NCBI GenBank assembly: GCA_016181045.1
Contig: JACPAB010000002.1
Location: 1-59,125, forward strand
Length of the DNA: 59,125 nt
Origin: Candidatus Yanofskybacteria bacterium
GTDB lineage: Bacteria > Patescibacteriota > Minisyncoccia > 2-02-FULL-40-12 > GWA2-44-9
Direction of reading: 5' to 3'
Shown: one piece after another, positions 36,601 to 47,500 of the stretch
Layout of the letters: every line of letters starts with the position of its first letter
How positions within the stretch are numbered: the first letter of the stretch is position 1
Notes under the pieces: model-generated
Database searches by the model: none
The model's input: only the letters and a program-made list of their open reading frames with translations
What the model was told of the DNA's origin: nothing
Position numbers and translations under genes: made by a program

Positions 36601-36714
36601 GGTCCGGAAGCGGGACCCATCCTCTTGCGGCATTTCCACATCGAACACATCCGCAAATATTTCGAGAAACCATACGACTTCGATTGGGAAGGTTTCCTTC
36701 CCAATCCGGTCTAG
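33652..36714 (+). CDS. Large hypothetical protein with a C-terminal calcineurin-like metallophosphoesterase-type motif set
   Basis: TDPHFGS, NDDPTQG, GTGNH, GDKHF in the canonical order; 1020 aa. Confidence 0.65.
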   Translation: MVTKKSKRLAPEENARVKKRLRHLWKMSEGEKGKFIDLVRRDEFLKSVGQNWDNCDHKAERMGFYKRGENLNSRFWITKFEKEHPEAQKRLDVVLADSTTSMQKILDDFKEFGIKNDDQLRKYARTKGINIKKGKTDTSIAYDRRTAELVQSGILVNGGLDKMLSTLKAEFSSTVRNITQKSLAAEIEAVIWNKKAEEAFRHVVGHDLPLERFSKYHPHIPQDMLKRKAKTLTGLSNVQHPVAFLKGLGRIGDLEGLDGSFELPKSGSANPYPVSVKSDNPWVRVINGANIGLRHKRLIEENPVRRALADATRSGDDVVFIVNPFDIEIKKAAGGLRVQRSFASGLNVNLKLLDPFYRDRLEHNHDGNRIVYEIVAERFVNMLSGLAKIANRPDGTPEFSGQVFVILGYKEEEVVANAAAWELGYKTRLKQEQIEAEIKSVKSAIASGEENIGGVDLYEELNNLVNLKARVIQSNINDEELQKYARKVMHFVVKKIEESIPNAKVIGQGTTFVNVNGNVVDFNVPSHLQVTDGLLSNYNRTHGARSVRQETARTTVICHPYSLNFRMTSREINVGNRRAEARVFVAPICVDGKFLRDALRDSVRSAHPISKVVFSSQFSPGVLRLRFSQGIVSADPIPIEALSRKSSPAKTGKHHTDAKYIWNMVATDPHFGSRNREEVWSHAAKGSLGVSDAVIQMMRDAKLCEGGKLPVHLYTVNDDPTQGNHYDTHKQPHPEQMSYQAMERLMPTLATKEEVVAFALNQFRKRGSDWLQEQIEQVKERHIEPNLDFFGSILHRVVRSGLVIRGVSEIHGVPYDRRDLGAINWGTGNHLESTIDRNLTEGVEYAKHLRALLYGEWQNQKDLIDRLVAAPLEGNQYFAWGIVNAPGGYEWAVEFRSDPTRLSTWADPLKAAVTNDALRGDYGLFMTGHKTLKVYGDKHFFSAVNTEHAFYHMCASGTSTDLYGHRGFPPNNTGVSFVGLPAEGPEAGPILLRHFHIEHIRKYFEKPYDFDWEGFLPNPV

Positions 36715-36829
36715 TCCCTTAAATTGTGGGGTATAAAAAACCGAGGTTAACACCTCGGTCTTTAATTTGCCTTTTTTCTTTAATGTGATATATAAAATTC
36801 ACGAACTTTGAAAACCAGGAGCTGCTCAA

Positions 36830-37948
36830 GTGAAATATATTTCCAATCCGCTTTACGTTTTGGGGGTTATTATATTGCTGCAGGTTGGTTTGAACCCCGA
36901 CCCGACATTTTGGTACGGAGTTCTGTTTCTTGTCTTTATTGCCTATGTCCAGAATGTTTCCTATGGCCTTCAGAGTCGGGCCGGGACTCGCAGCAGTAAT
37001 GCTCTCCATGCGTTTACCGCAATTCTTGCGAGTTTGGTCTTCTTTATGACCTTGCGTTATCTCTATAAAGACCAGATGCCTTTGACGCTTCTTGCGACAT
37101 ATATGTTCGCTACCGTTTTTGGCAGTTTACATGGCAATATTGTCTCCCGAAGAATAGAGAAGTATATCGGTGCCCAGACGGAAGCGCCGAAGAACCAGCC
37201 CCAGCTTATGAGGTTCTGGCCTTCCATGATCGTTCTGTTGGTCGCGCTGGTTCTACAAGCCATGTTTGTGCCGTCATCGCTTAGTCCGTGGATGATCGCC
37301 GGACTTGCCATTCTGACCCTCATCGATAATTTTGCCTTTGCGGTTCTACGGCTGGCCCGCAGTAGCGATAACTATTGGTTTCATGGGTTTGCGGCACTGC
37401 TTCAGGCCGGCGCAAAGTTTTTGGGATTGGCGATCATGTTTAACTATGAAATGGATTGGGCATTGTTTCTGCCGACCACCAGCGGGGGAGTGATGGGAAG
37501 CTTGACCGGACAATATTTTGCCCGAGGCATTTCGGACCGTATTAACGCCGGGTTTGATTCTCATGTTGTGGGAGATAAAAATATCGAATGGCCGATTCTT
37601 CAAATAGCGGTCTTCTCCTTAGGGATGGTGGTGCATGGAATTATTTTCGGCCAGAATAATTTTGTTAACGTGATGCTTATTCTCGGATACGCTTTCAGTC
37701 AGAGCGTAAGCTTCGCGGTGGTCAGCCGGGCACGGCAGAGGAACCATAACACTTATCTCATGTGGGCATCGGTATTTTCCAACGGGATCTGGTATTTGAC
37801 AATGCATCAACTGGCTTTGAAAAATATTACTCCGGATAAAACAGCGCCCTATGTTGTCGGCGGTGTTGTCGGTAGTTTGGCCGGACAGAATATCGCGATG
37901 CATATTGAGAAAAAAATTCATGCGCGCATGGATGCCGCAACAGTATAA
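36830..37948 (+). CDS. Polytopic membrane protein built from three ~120-aa repeats
   Basis: QNVSYGLQSRAGTRSS / DNFAFAVLRLARSSDN / QSVSFAVVSRARQRNH units, each ending G(S)LxG. Confidence 0.8.
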   Translation: MKYISNPLYVLGVIILLQVGLNPDPTFWYGVLFLVFIAYVQNVSYGLQSRAGTRSSNALHAFTAILASLVFFMTLRYLYKDQMPLTLLATYMFATVFGSLHGNIVSRRIEKYIGAQTEAPKNQPQLMRFWPSMIVLLVALVLQAMFVPSSLSPWMIAGLAILTLIDNFAFAVLRLARSSDNYWFHGFAALLQAGAKFLGLAIMFNYEMDWALFLPTTSGGVMGSLTGQYFARGISDRINAGFDSHVVGDKNIEWPILQIAVFSLGMVVHGIIFGQNNFVNVMLILGYAFSQSVSFAVVSRARQRNHNTYLMWASVFSNGIWYLTMHQLALKNITPDKTAPYVVGGVVGSLAGQNIAMHIEKKIHARMDAATV

Positions 37949-38023
37949 TCAAAAATCGCCGAGAGGCGATTTTTTAATTTTCTAATTATTTTATAGTTGT
38001 GCCTAGGGATAATTATAAAATAA

Positions 38024-38239
38024 TTAAAAAATATCTATTTTCAGTTTCCTTGTTTTTTCTTTGGAGTGCTCGATCTGACGGAGGATCACCTCTACGTCTT
38101 CGACTTTATACATCCGGTAGTTATTCACCGGGTTGCGGTAGGCGACAAGTTTGCTTTTCGCGTCCCAGTTGCGAACCGTCAAGGGGGTGACACCGAGAAG
38201 CCGGGCGACTTCTTTTACCGTTAAAAATTTTTTGGGCAT
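38024..38239 (-). CDS. MerR/excisionase-type HTH DNA-binding protein
   Basis: LTVKEVARLLGVTPLTVRNWD..KL..RNPVNNYRMY. Confidence 0.88.
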   Translation of the reverse strand: MPKKFLTVKEVARLLGVTPLTVRNWDAKSKLVAYRNPVNNYRMYKVEDVEVILRQIEHSKEKTRKLKIDIF

Positions 38240-38384
38240 AGGTTGGAATATTTAAATATTTAAATCTTTAAACATTTAAGATGGATAAAGATGTATTTCA
38301 ACTATTTTTATAACTTATCAAAGTTAGTTAGTAACCTTTATGTGTCTTTATATATTCATTCTACTTTTATGCCCAAACAAGGTC

Positions 38385-38479
38385 AATGTGGATAACCCGC
38401 CGCCTCAAGGCGGCTTATATTTAAACATTAAAATATTTAAATATTGCCAGCATTTGAAAAATGCTGGGTTATCCACATT
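38385..38479. promoter_or_regulatory. Inverted pair of perfect DnaA boxes
   Basis: TGTGGATAA at 38387-38395 and TTATCCACA at 38469-38477, within a 14-bp inverted repeat. Confidence 0.65.
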
Positions 38480-38582
38480 TTTTCAACACCAGGGCTTATA
38501 ATTAAAAGGTTGATCGAGTGCTGTTTTACTATCCGATACCGTATCGGATAGGCAACAAATATTTAAGTATTTAAAGACCTTT

Positions 38583-41500
38583 ATGCGGCCCGAAGAAGAG
38601 AGCTTTATAGAAGACAAAACGGGACAAAACTGGATGTCGATGTTTGAAGCATCCAGCCGATGCTCCTATTCACAGGAGTATTTGAGTTTGCTTGCCAGGC
38701 GCGGGAAGATCTTTGCGCAGAAGATCGGAAGGAACTGGTACACGACAGAGGACTCACTCAATGAGTATTTGAAAAAACAAAGTTTGACCATTACCGTTCC
38801 GAGAAACGTGCTTGGACGCTTGACCTCATCCGTTCCGCTTACACCGGAGGAACCGGAAGCGGGAGATAAATCTGACACCGGCCATGAAAGCCACTCTAAG
38901 GTCTTTGAGGAGTTCGAACGGCTCAACCCGCAATTATTTCAAGCAAAAAAATCCGAAAATTTGCCCGCCGGCGAAACGATAAAATTTCCCTCCGAAAAAG
39001 TTGTTCAGTCGACAGCGCCGGCATTCCAAAAACAAGATGACGTATTAAATAAACTCGACCGTCTTTCCGATTCTTTGGGGAACTTCGCGGAAAGAATTAC
39101 TAGAAAACTTGATCAGCCCAAAGAAGAACCATTAACCCCGGAACAGGAAGAATTTTTTGAAGTTCAACTGCCGTCGTTCGGATATCGTTTTAAAATATTT
39201 GACAGGTACGCGCGTTCAATGATGCGCAGTCCTGTCAGAATGATGACGATAATGATAACGGCGGTTGTGGCGATATTTATAATCGCCGGCGGGTTCAGTT
39301 TTGGCCAGGTGGACCATGTCGTTCAGCAGATACGGGATACTTTCAAAAATGCCGATACTCTGCAGGGCCATTTTCCGGGAACTCACGCTAATGAAGTTTT
39401 AGTGCTCGACAAAGCCGGAAACGTTTCAATATTCGGCCACATTGAGACCCAAGGCCAGCTTCGTTCTTTTGCATCTGACGGTGTGGCGCCGCTCGTCGTT
39501 GACTCAATGACATTGGTTGATAATTTGAATGCCAACTATTTGGACGGGTTGGCATCAAAGGACTTCACCCTCGCATTTGTCACCAAAAACGGCAATATTA
39601 CGCATGAGGACGTTTTTCTTGAAGGGAATGTCGAAGTAGGCAAGACACTAACTGTTAAAGGAGCTGCGAAACTTCTTGACTCACTCCAGGTCTATGGAAC
39701 TCTTGGCGTATTTTCTGATGCGGTATTTGGCAGGAATGTCACACTTACCAACGGCGATCTTTCAATAAAAAAGGGGACAATCAAAATTTTTAACACGGCC
39801 CTGATCAAAAATTTAAACGCCGAATTCTTGGACGGCCTCCGTAAAAACGATATTAATCTTGATTTTGTGACATCTAACGGCGCTTCTACCGCCAACGGCA
39901 TAACTATTGGCGCTCTGGAAGTGAATGGCCAGAGTGATTTTCGGGGGATGGGATTTTTTCATGAAGGCGTATGGGGTTCGGATGGCGCATTCGGGACTTT
40001 GGGGGTGTCAGGCGATGCAATCATAGGCAGTCAAGACAAACCGGAAAAATCAAGTTTTCAGGTCTATTCTAAAAAATTTCAGATTAACCAGGATGGGAAC
40101 GTAGGTATTAGCGGCAAAACCACTACTGCTGATCTGGTGGTCAGTAAAATGCTTTCTGACTTAATTTCTTCCGGTTCTTTCGATTTGGGTTCTTCAACAA
40201 ATCGCTGGGTGGATGTCTTTGCCCAGAATCTTAATTTAAGCGGGACATTCACCGCTTCGGGCAGTGTTAATTTCGCCGGCACATCATCCAATTCGTTTAC
40301 TATAAATACCGACAACGCCACGGCCGACACCGAGAACTCATATTTATCTTTTGAACGCGGGACGACAACGCCGAACGCGACCTTAAAATGGAATTCAACA
40401 AACAATCGTTTTGAATTCAACGAACCGCTTTTTGTGGCAAGTTCAAGCGCGGAGACGATTTTTTCCGTTTCCGGCGGTCCGGCATCAGTTTCCAATACCC
40501 TCTACGTTCAGAATGGCGGCAACGTCGGCATCGGGACGACTTCCCCCGGAGCTAAGCTGGATGTTGTTGGTCGTGGGCTGTTTGTCAATTCCGAAACCCA
40601 AGGCACCGCCTCCGCTTCATACCTCCTAACCGGCAACACTCTCCAAGTCGGGGGATTTGCTTCGGCGGCTTATTCAAGATTCGGGACTTTAACCCTTACA
40701 ACCAATCCTGCCGGCAACTGGATTACCACAACCAACGATGTCCTTGTCTCGGGAGATCTCTACGGTGTCGGCTCATTAGCTTTTGCCGGACCGGCATCAA
40801 TATCCAACACCTTATTTGTAGGCACAGGAGGCAAGACCGGCAACGTCGGCATCGGGACCACCGCTCCGCTTTCGAAGTTGGAAGTTAGTGGTGGGAGGTT
40901 GGAAGTTGGCGGAACGGCCAGCGCAAGCTATCTCCTCACCGGCAACACTCTCCAAGTCGGGGGATTTGCTTCGGCGGCTTATTCAAGATTCGGAACCTTA
41001 ACCACCGGGCATTCAAATTACATCTCCGCATCCAACGACCTTCTCATCTCCGGCGATCTTGAAGTAAAGGGCACCGCTTCGTTTGCCGGCGGAGCATCCA
41101 TATCCGGCAACTTCAATCTGGCCGGAGATCAGACAATCTCCGGCAACCTGACCGTAAACGGCACCGGCTCATCGTCGTTTGCGGGCTCACTTAATGTGTC
41201 CAAAGGAATACATGGCTTAGCCGATATCACCGCCACCGGAAGATTCATCGGCTACTCAACCGCTTCCAACTCCTTTGCCGGTTCGCTGGACATTACTAAA
41301 GGACTTCGGGTAACCGGCAACATCACCAACGACGCCCTATCTGCAAGCCGTTTGGTCTTCTCCAACGGCTCCAAGGTTCTTTCTTCGGTCTCAACTCTTA
41401 CTGGCTGGATAGCAGGTACAAGTAACCAAATCACGGTTACAGACGACTTGGACGGTTCTGTTACTCTCTCATTGCCTCAAAACATTCATACCGGAGCCAG

Positions 41501-44500
41501 TCCGACATTCGCCGGGCTTACCTTGACTGGCAATCTAACCGGAATCAATGCCGAGTTCCAAGGCACCGCTTCGGCTTCATACCTGCTCACAGGCAACACG
41601 CTCCAGGTGGGCGGCTATGCTTCGGCGGCGTATTCGAGGTTCGGGACTGATGAAACTGGCTACTCTAACTTTATCACCACAACAAATGACCTTCTTATTT
41701 CCGGCGATTTAGAAGTCAATGCTTCGGCCAATTTTGACGGCAATCTCCGAGTGGGCAACGGCTCCACTCCCGCCTTATTCGTCCAATCAGGAAATGGCAA
41801 CGTCGGCATCGGGACAACGGGACCACTTACGACTTTACACGTTAAGGGTAGTGTTGCTGATGATAAAATTCGTGCTCAGGGTTTGGTGGTTGGTGATCAC
41901 TCATTTATTGGTTCCTATAATTCGGCTGGAACAGTTACTGGTTACTTTGGGGCAACAAGGAATTCGGCTGATGGAGCGGGTCGTCCAGCAGATTCAGTAG
42001 TATTACTTACAGGTACAAATTCTCCCCTAGTTTTCAGCACAAATGAAAATGAGAGAATGAGAATTACAGGCGCCGGCAACGTCGGCATCGGGACGGCCAC
42101 TCCGACTTCTCTCTTAACCGTCCAAGGTCGTGGAGAGTTCCAAGGCACCGCCTCGGCTTCTTACCTTCTGACCGGCAATACCTTGCAGGTCGGAGGTTTT
42201 GCTTCGGCGGCGTATTCGAGGTTTGGGACTTCAACCCTGACCACTAACCCCGCCGGCAACTGGATTACCACAACCAACGACGTCTTGGTTTCGGGAGATC
42301 TCTACGGTGTCGGCTCATTAGCTTTTGCCGGTCCGGCATCAATATCCAACACCCTATTCGTGGGCACAGGCGGCAAGACCGGCAACGTCGGCATCGGGAC
42401 AACGGGACCGATTAATAAACTTGAAGTTGAGGGTGGCGATATTTCTTTTGGAAGCAGCACCACTAATCTACGAAAAATCATTTTCGGTTCTAATAATGGC
42501 AACGATTATTTAGGTTTTAGGGATGTTTCTTCTGGCACTAATGCGTTGGAGTTCGCGCAAGATGGCTCAATAAAGTTCGTGATAGATGGAGTAACCGGCA
42601 ACGTCGGCATCGGGAATACTGTTCCGGATACGAAACTTGATATTACCGGCACAGCTTCGGCCTCGCTTTACTATTCTGGCGATGGAGTCGTTGGTGCGCC
42701 CGGCTATTCTTTTTCTAATGATCCAAATACAGGAATTTACAGAGGCGGAACGGATATTTTAAGTTTTGCCACCGGTGGAAGCGAGCGAGTTCGCATTAAC
42801 GCTAATGGAAATGTCGGTATCAATTATGGAGGAAATCTTGATACCTTTTTTGAAGTAGGGGGGACTGCCTCTATTTCCGGCAATCTTCTTTTGGGTGGGA
42901 TCCAGCAGACAAGCGGCACTTCCTCGTCGTCATTCGCCGGGCTTCTCCAGTTGAACGCTACACCAACCGGAACCGGCATTAGCCAAGGCAGTTTATACCT
43001 TAACCCCAAATCAGCCGGAACCAACAATGTCATCATCGGGGTCGCTGTCAACTCAACCGAAAAACTCCGCATTGACGCCGAAGGTGATGTCCAGACCGTC
43101 GGTTTGTTCAATTCCACCAACACTTCCGGCACCAACCAGCTCTCCGGCAATCTCCAGGTTGACGGCAATACCACTTTGGGGAACGCTACCAGCGACACAA
43201 TCACCGCCACCGGCCGGTTTAGTTCGCATTTAATTCCTTCGGCTGACTTGACCTATAACCTCGGCGACCCGAGCTTGAGATGGGATTCTTTTTATGTTGC
43301 TTCGCTCTCCGTTACCAATCTATTTGCGGGAGGCACAGCTTCTTCATCATTCGTTATTAATAAGGATAATACTACAAATGACGCCGAGGATTCTTTTCTT
43401 GAATTTGAAAGAGGCACTGCCACGCCGAATGCAAAACTTCAATGGGATTCGGCTAACGACCAATTCGTGTTCAATTACCCGATAAGCACTGCCGGTTCAG
43501 TATTCGGCATAGGAACAGCTTCTTCATCATTTGCCGGACCGGTCTGGTTTACCGGTACGCCGACAGGGACGAATCTCCAAAGCGGCTCGGTTTATATAAA
43601 CCCGGGTTCAGCCGCGACTAATTATACTTTGTTCGGCATCGGCGTAGCCGGTGTTGAACGATTCAGAGTTGACGCTGAAGGCGACACGACGATTGCCGGC
43701 GATTTGGGAGTGGAAAACCAGATTTACGACATTACTGAAGATACTCTCCGAATCAACGACGACCTGCAAATAAACGGCAACGACATTAAGGATTCGGGGA
43801 CTACTGTTCGTATCACTCTCGGTGCGACTACCACTTTAACCGCAACTGTTACCGACTTAACCGGCGATTTGGAGGTCTCCGGTTTAGACATCAGGGATTC
43901 CGGCGGAACGAACAGGATTACTTTCACCACTCTTGGAGCTACCGGACTCACTTCCGTAACTGGCGCTTTGGACACGACTACATATCTTAAATCTGGCGAC
44001 GAGTTGATTGTCACCAACGCCGGCCAGTTTGCTGGCACGGCCACAGTTGCTTACTCGCGTTTTGGCACCACCGCCACCACCCACGCCCTCTCCGCCACTA
44101 ACGACCTTCTCATCAACGGCAAACTCGAAGTTGACGGCACGGCCTACTTTGACGGCACGGTCAACTTCCCAAGCATCGCCTCGGCCTCACTTTTCCATGC
44201 TCAAGATGGCACGGCCGCTTCTCCCAGCTATACCTTTGCCATTGACAAAGATACAGGCATGTTCAGGCCGGTTGTCAATCAATTAGCATTCTCTACTTTA
44301 GGAACTGAAAGGTTGAGAATTGATAACCTTGGCAACGTCGGCATCGGGACGACGGGGCCGACTTCTTTGCTAACCGTCCAAGGCCGGGGAGAGTTCCAGG
44401 GCACGGCCTCTGCTTCCTACCTCTTAACCGGAAATACCTTGCAGGTCGGAGGATTCGCTTCGGCGGCTTACTCGAGGTTTGGGACTTCAACTCTTACCAC

Positions 44501-47500
44501 CAACCCCGCCGGCAACTGGATAACGGGAAGCAACGATCTTCTTATCTCCGGTGACTTGTATGGGGTGGGTTCAATCGCATTTGCCGGTCCGGCTTCAATA
44601 TCCAACACCTTATTCGTAGGTACTGGCGGCAAGACCGGCAACGTCGGGATTGGGACGACGGGGCCGGCCAGCGCGCTTCATATCGGAGGAACAGGAGCAT
44701 TGTCATTTGGAACAAGTCCTGCCCAATCCGGCAATATCCGTGTCCCGAACAATACGACCATTATCGCGGCAAGAAGAGCCAATGATCTTTCGGATTTCGT
44801 AGTTTTGGTCTCGGATATTCAAAATAACATTACCATTAGTGCGGTCGGTGATGTCACTATCTCGCCAGGAACCGGCGCTATATGGGATTTTAAGACCGGA
44901 GCAGGGAACCCGCTCCAGCCACGAGGTGATAATGATACCGACTTTGGGGGGACTGCGACGCGTGTTAGGACCGGATATTTTGGCACCTCAATCGTCGACC
45001 CGCTCTTGATCGGTGGCTCCGCGGTCGGTTCTTCTCTTGAATTAAAGTCCACCTCCGGAGTCGGCACTACGGATTTTATCAAGTTCACCGTTGGCAATAA
45101 TGGTGGGACCGAAGCGATGCGGATTATTGACTCCGGCAACGTCGGCATCGGGACGACGGGGCCCACTAGCAGGTTGAATGTGGAAGGTGGGAGGTTGGAA
45201 GTTGGCGGCACTGCAAGCGCTTCATATTTTCTCACCGGCAACACTCTCCAGGTCGGGGGATTTGCTTCGGCGGCGTATTCAAGGTTCGGGACATCAACCA
45301 CCGGCCATTCAAACTACATCTCGGCAAGTAATGATTTACTGATAAGCGGCGATCTTGAAACCCGGGGTACCGCTTCATTCGGAGGAGTGGCAAGTGTATC
45401 AGGCAACTTCTTCACATATGGCACCAATACCTTCTCTGGCGCCGGCTCTTCTTCTTTTGCCGGCTCCCTTTCCGTCGCCAAGGGGTTCCTTGCCGGAGCC
45501 AACAATGCTTTGGTGGTCAATGGAGCGGCCACAGCCAACACCTTGAACATTGTCGGCGCTAACGTGGGCATCGGAACAACGGGGCCGGGAGCGAAGTTGC
45601 ACGTTTCTGATACGAGTCAGAATGCGGATTTGAAGTTGGAATCAACATATAGCGCTGCTACTGATGGTAGGGCACGATTAGTCATGACAGCGGTTGATAG
45701 GCAATGGATTGTACAACTTGATGGCACTGGTGACCTTTGGAAAATCAGAGATGATAGCGCGGGAGAAGACAGGTTAGTTATTAATTACGGCGGCAACGTC
45801 GGCATCGGGACGACGGGGCCGGGGTCGGCTTTGCATGTGATTAGTAATGTTGACAGTGAGGGAATTACTCTTGAGCGGACATCTGCAACAACGGGGAAAT
45901 ATTCATTTGGTCTAGATACAGCCGGTAATTTAAAGGTTAGTGAGACAGGCGTGTCGGCACGATTGACGGTGTTAAAAACTTCCGGCAACGTCGGCATCGG
46001 GACGACGGGGCCAGTTGGAAAATTGGAGATTCGAGGGACTACGGCAGATTCTCCAAATTTTGCTTTGAACTTATCTGACGTTGATGTCGCCCATGTAATT
46101 ACCGGATGGGCTCCCGCAGCGACCTATGGTTTCTTGAATATTCTTAACAGTACTGCGGGTGGACTTCAGGTCTTTGGAGCCAGCGATGCCGCTGGCGTTA
46201 GAGGTTTGGAACTGAATGGATTTATAGGAGTCACCGATCCCACAGACACAGTTCCAGCAATCTGGATAAACGGAGGCAAGTCTGACGGAACCAACCAAGC
46301 TGCGTTAGGTGCGGCAGAAACCGTGCTGCAGATTGCCAATGGCGGTACGGCGGCTGTCACGCTTTTAGGCAGCGGCAACGTCGGTATCGGGACGACGGGG
46401 CCGGGAAGCAAGCTTGATGTTTTAGGTGGGTGGGCAAATATCAGAGCTGGAACTTCGGGCATAACGCAACAAGCCAATGGAGAACTTCTTTTATCAAGCA
46501 CCGGCCCAAAACTGTGGATAGAGGATACGGATGCAACTTCTGGCCAGCGAGTTATGAAAATACACACTTCATCAGGATTAACGAAGTTTGAATCGATGTC
46601 GGATGATGGCGTAACCAATACCGTAGGAAACATATTAGTATTGGAACATTCAACCGGCAACGTCGGCATCGGGAATACGTCTCCTGACAGCAAACTTGAT
46701 GTAACCGGCACAGCTTCGGCTTCGCTCTACTATTCTGGCGATGGAACTGTTGGCGCGCCCGGCTATTCTTTTTCTCAAGATCCAAATACCGGAATTTATA
46801 GAGGCGGAACGGATATTTTAAGTTTTGCTACCGGCGGAAGCGAGCGAGTTCGTATTAATGCCAGTGGAAATGTCGGTCTTAACTACGGAGGAAATCTCGA
46901 TACTTTTTTTGAAGTAGGGGGGACCGCCTCAATCTCCGGCAATCTCTTGCTGGGAGGCATACAGCAGACAAGCGGCACCTCTTCGTCATCTTTTGCCGGC
47001 CTTTTGCAGTTGAATGCCACACCGGCCGGCACCGGTATCAGCCAGGGCAGTTTATACATCAATCCCAAGTCGGCCGGAACAAACAATGTTATTGTCGGCA
47101 TCGCCGTAAACTCCACCGAGAAGCTCCGCATTGACGCTGAAGGCGATGTCCAGACAGTTGGTCTTTTCAATTCCACCAATACTTCCGGCACCAACCAGTT
47201 ATCTGGCAACTTGCAGGTTGACGGCAATACCACTCTGGGTAATGCAACGTCGGATACTATCGCAACAACCGGCAGATTCAATTCCGACATCCTGCCATCA
47301 GCTGATTTAACATATAACCTTGGTTCTTCGGTTCTGCGCTGGGATAATGTCTATTTCGGCTCCGCCTCAATCACCAATCTTTTTGCCGGCGGCACGGCTT
47401 CCAGTTCTTTTATCATCAATTCCGACAATACTACCGCTGATGCCGAAGATTCGCAATTAGAATTTGAAAGAGGAACTACTATACCCAACGCGATATTGAA

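Noticed and set aside
33613-37948. Prophage or integrative element at tRNA-Trp
   Set aside because: No integrase, no duplicated tRNA 3' end seen, no phage structural genes.
38385-38479. Replication origin (oriC)
   Set aside because: Only two boxes seen and no dnaA/dnaN nearby; cannot be supported without genome-wide skew.
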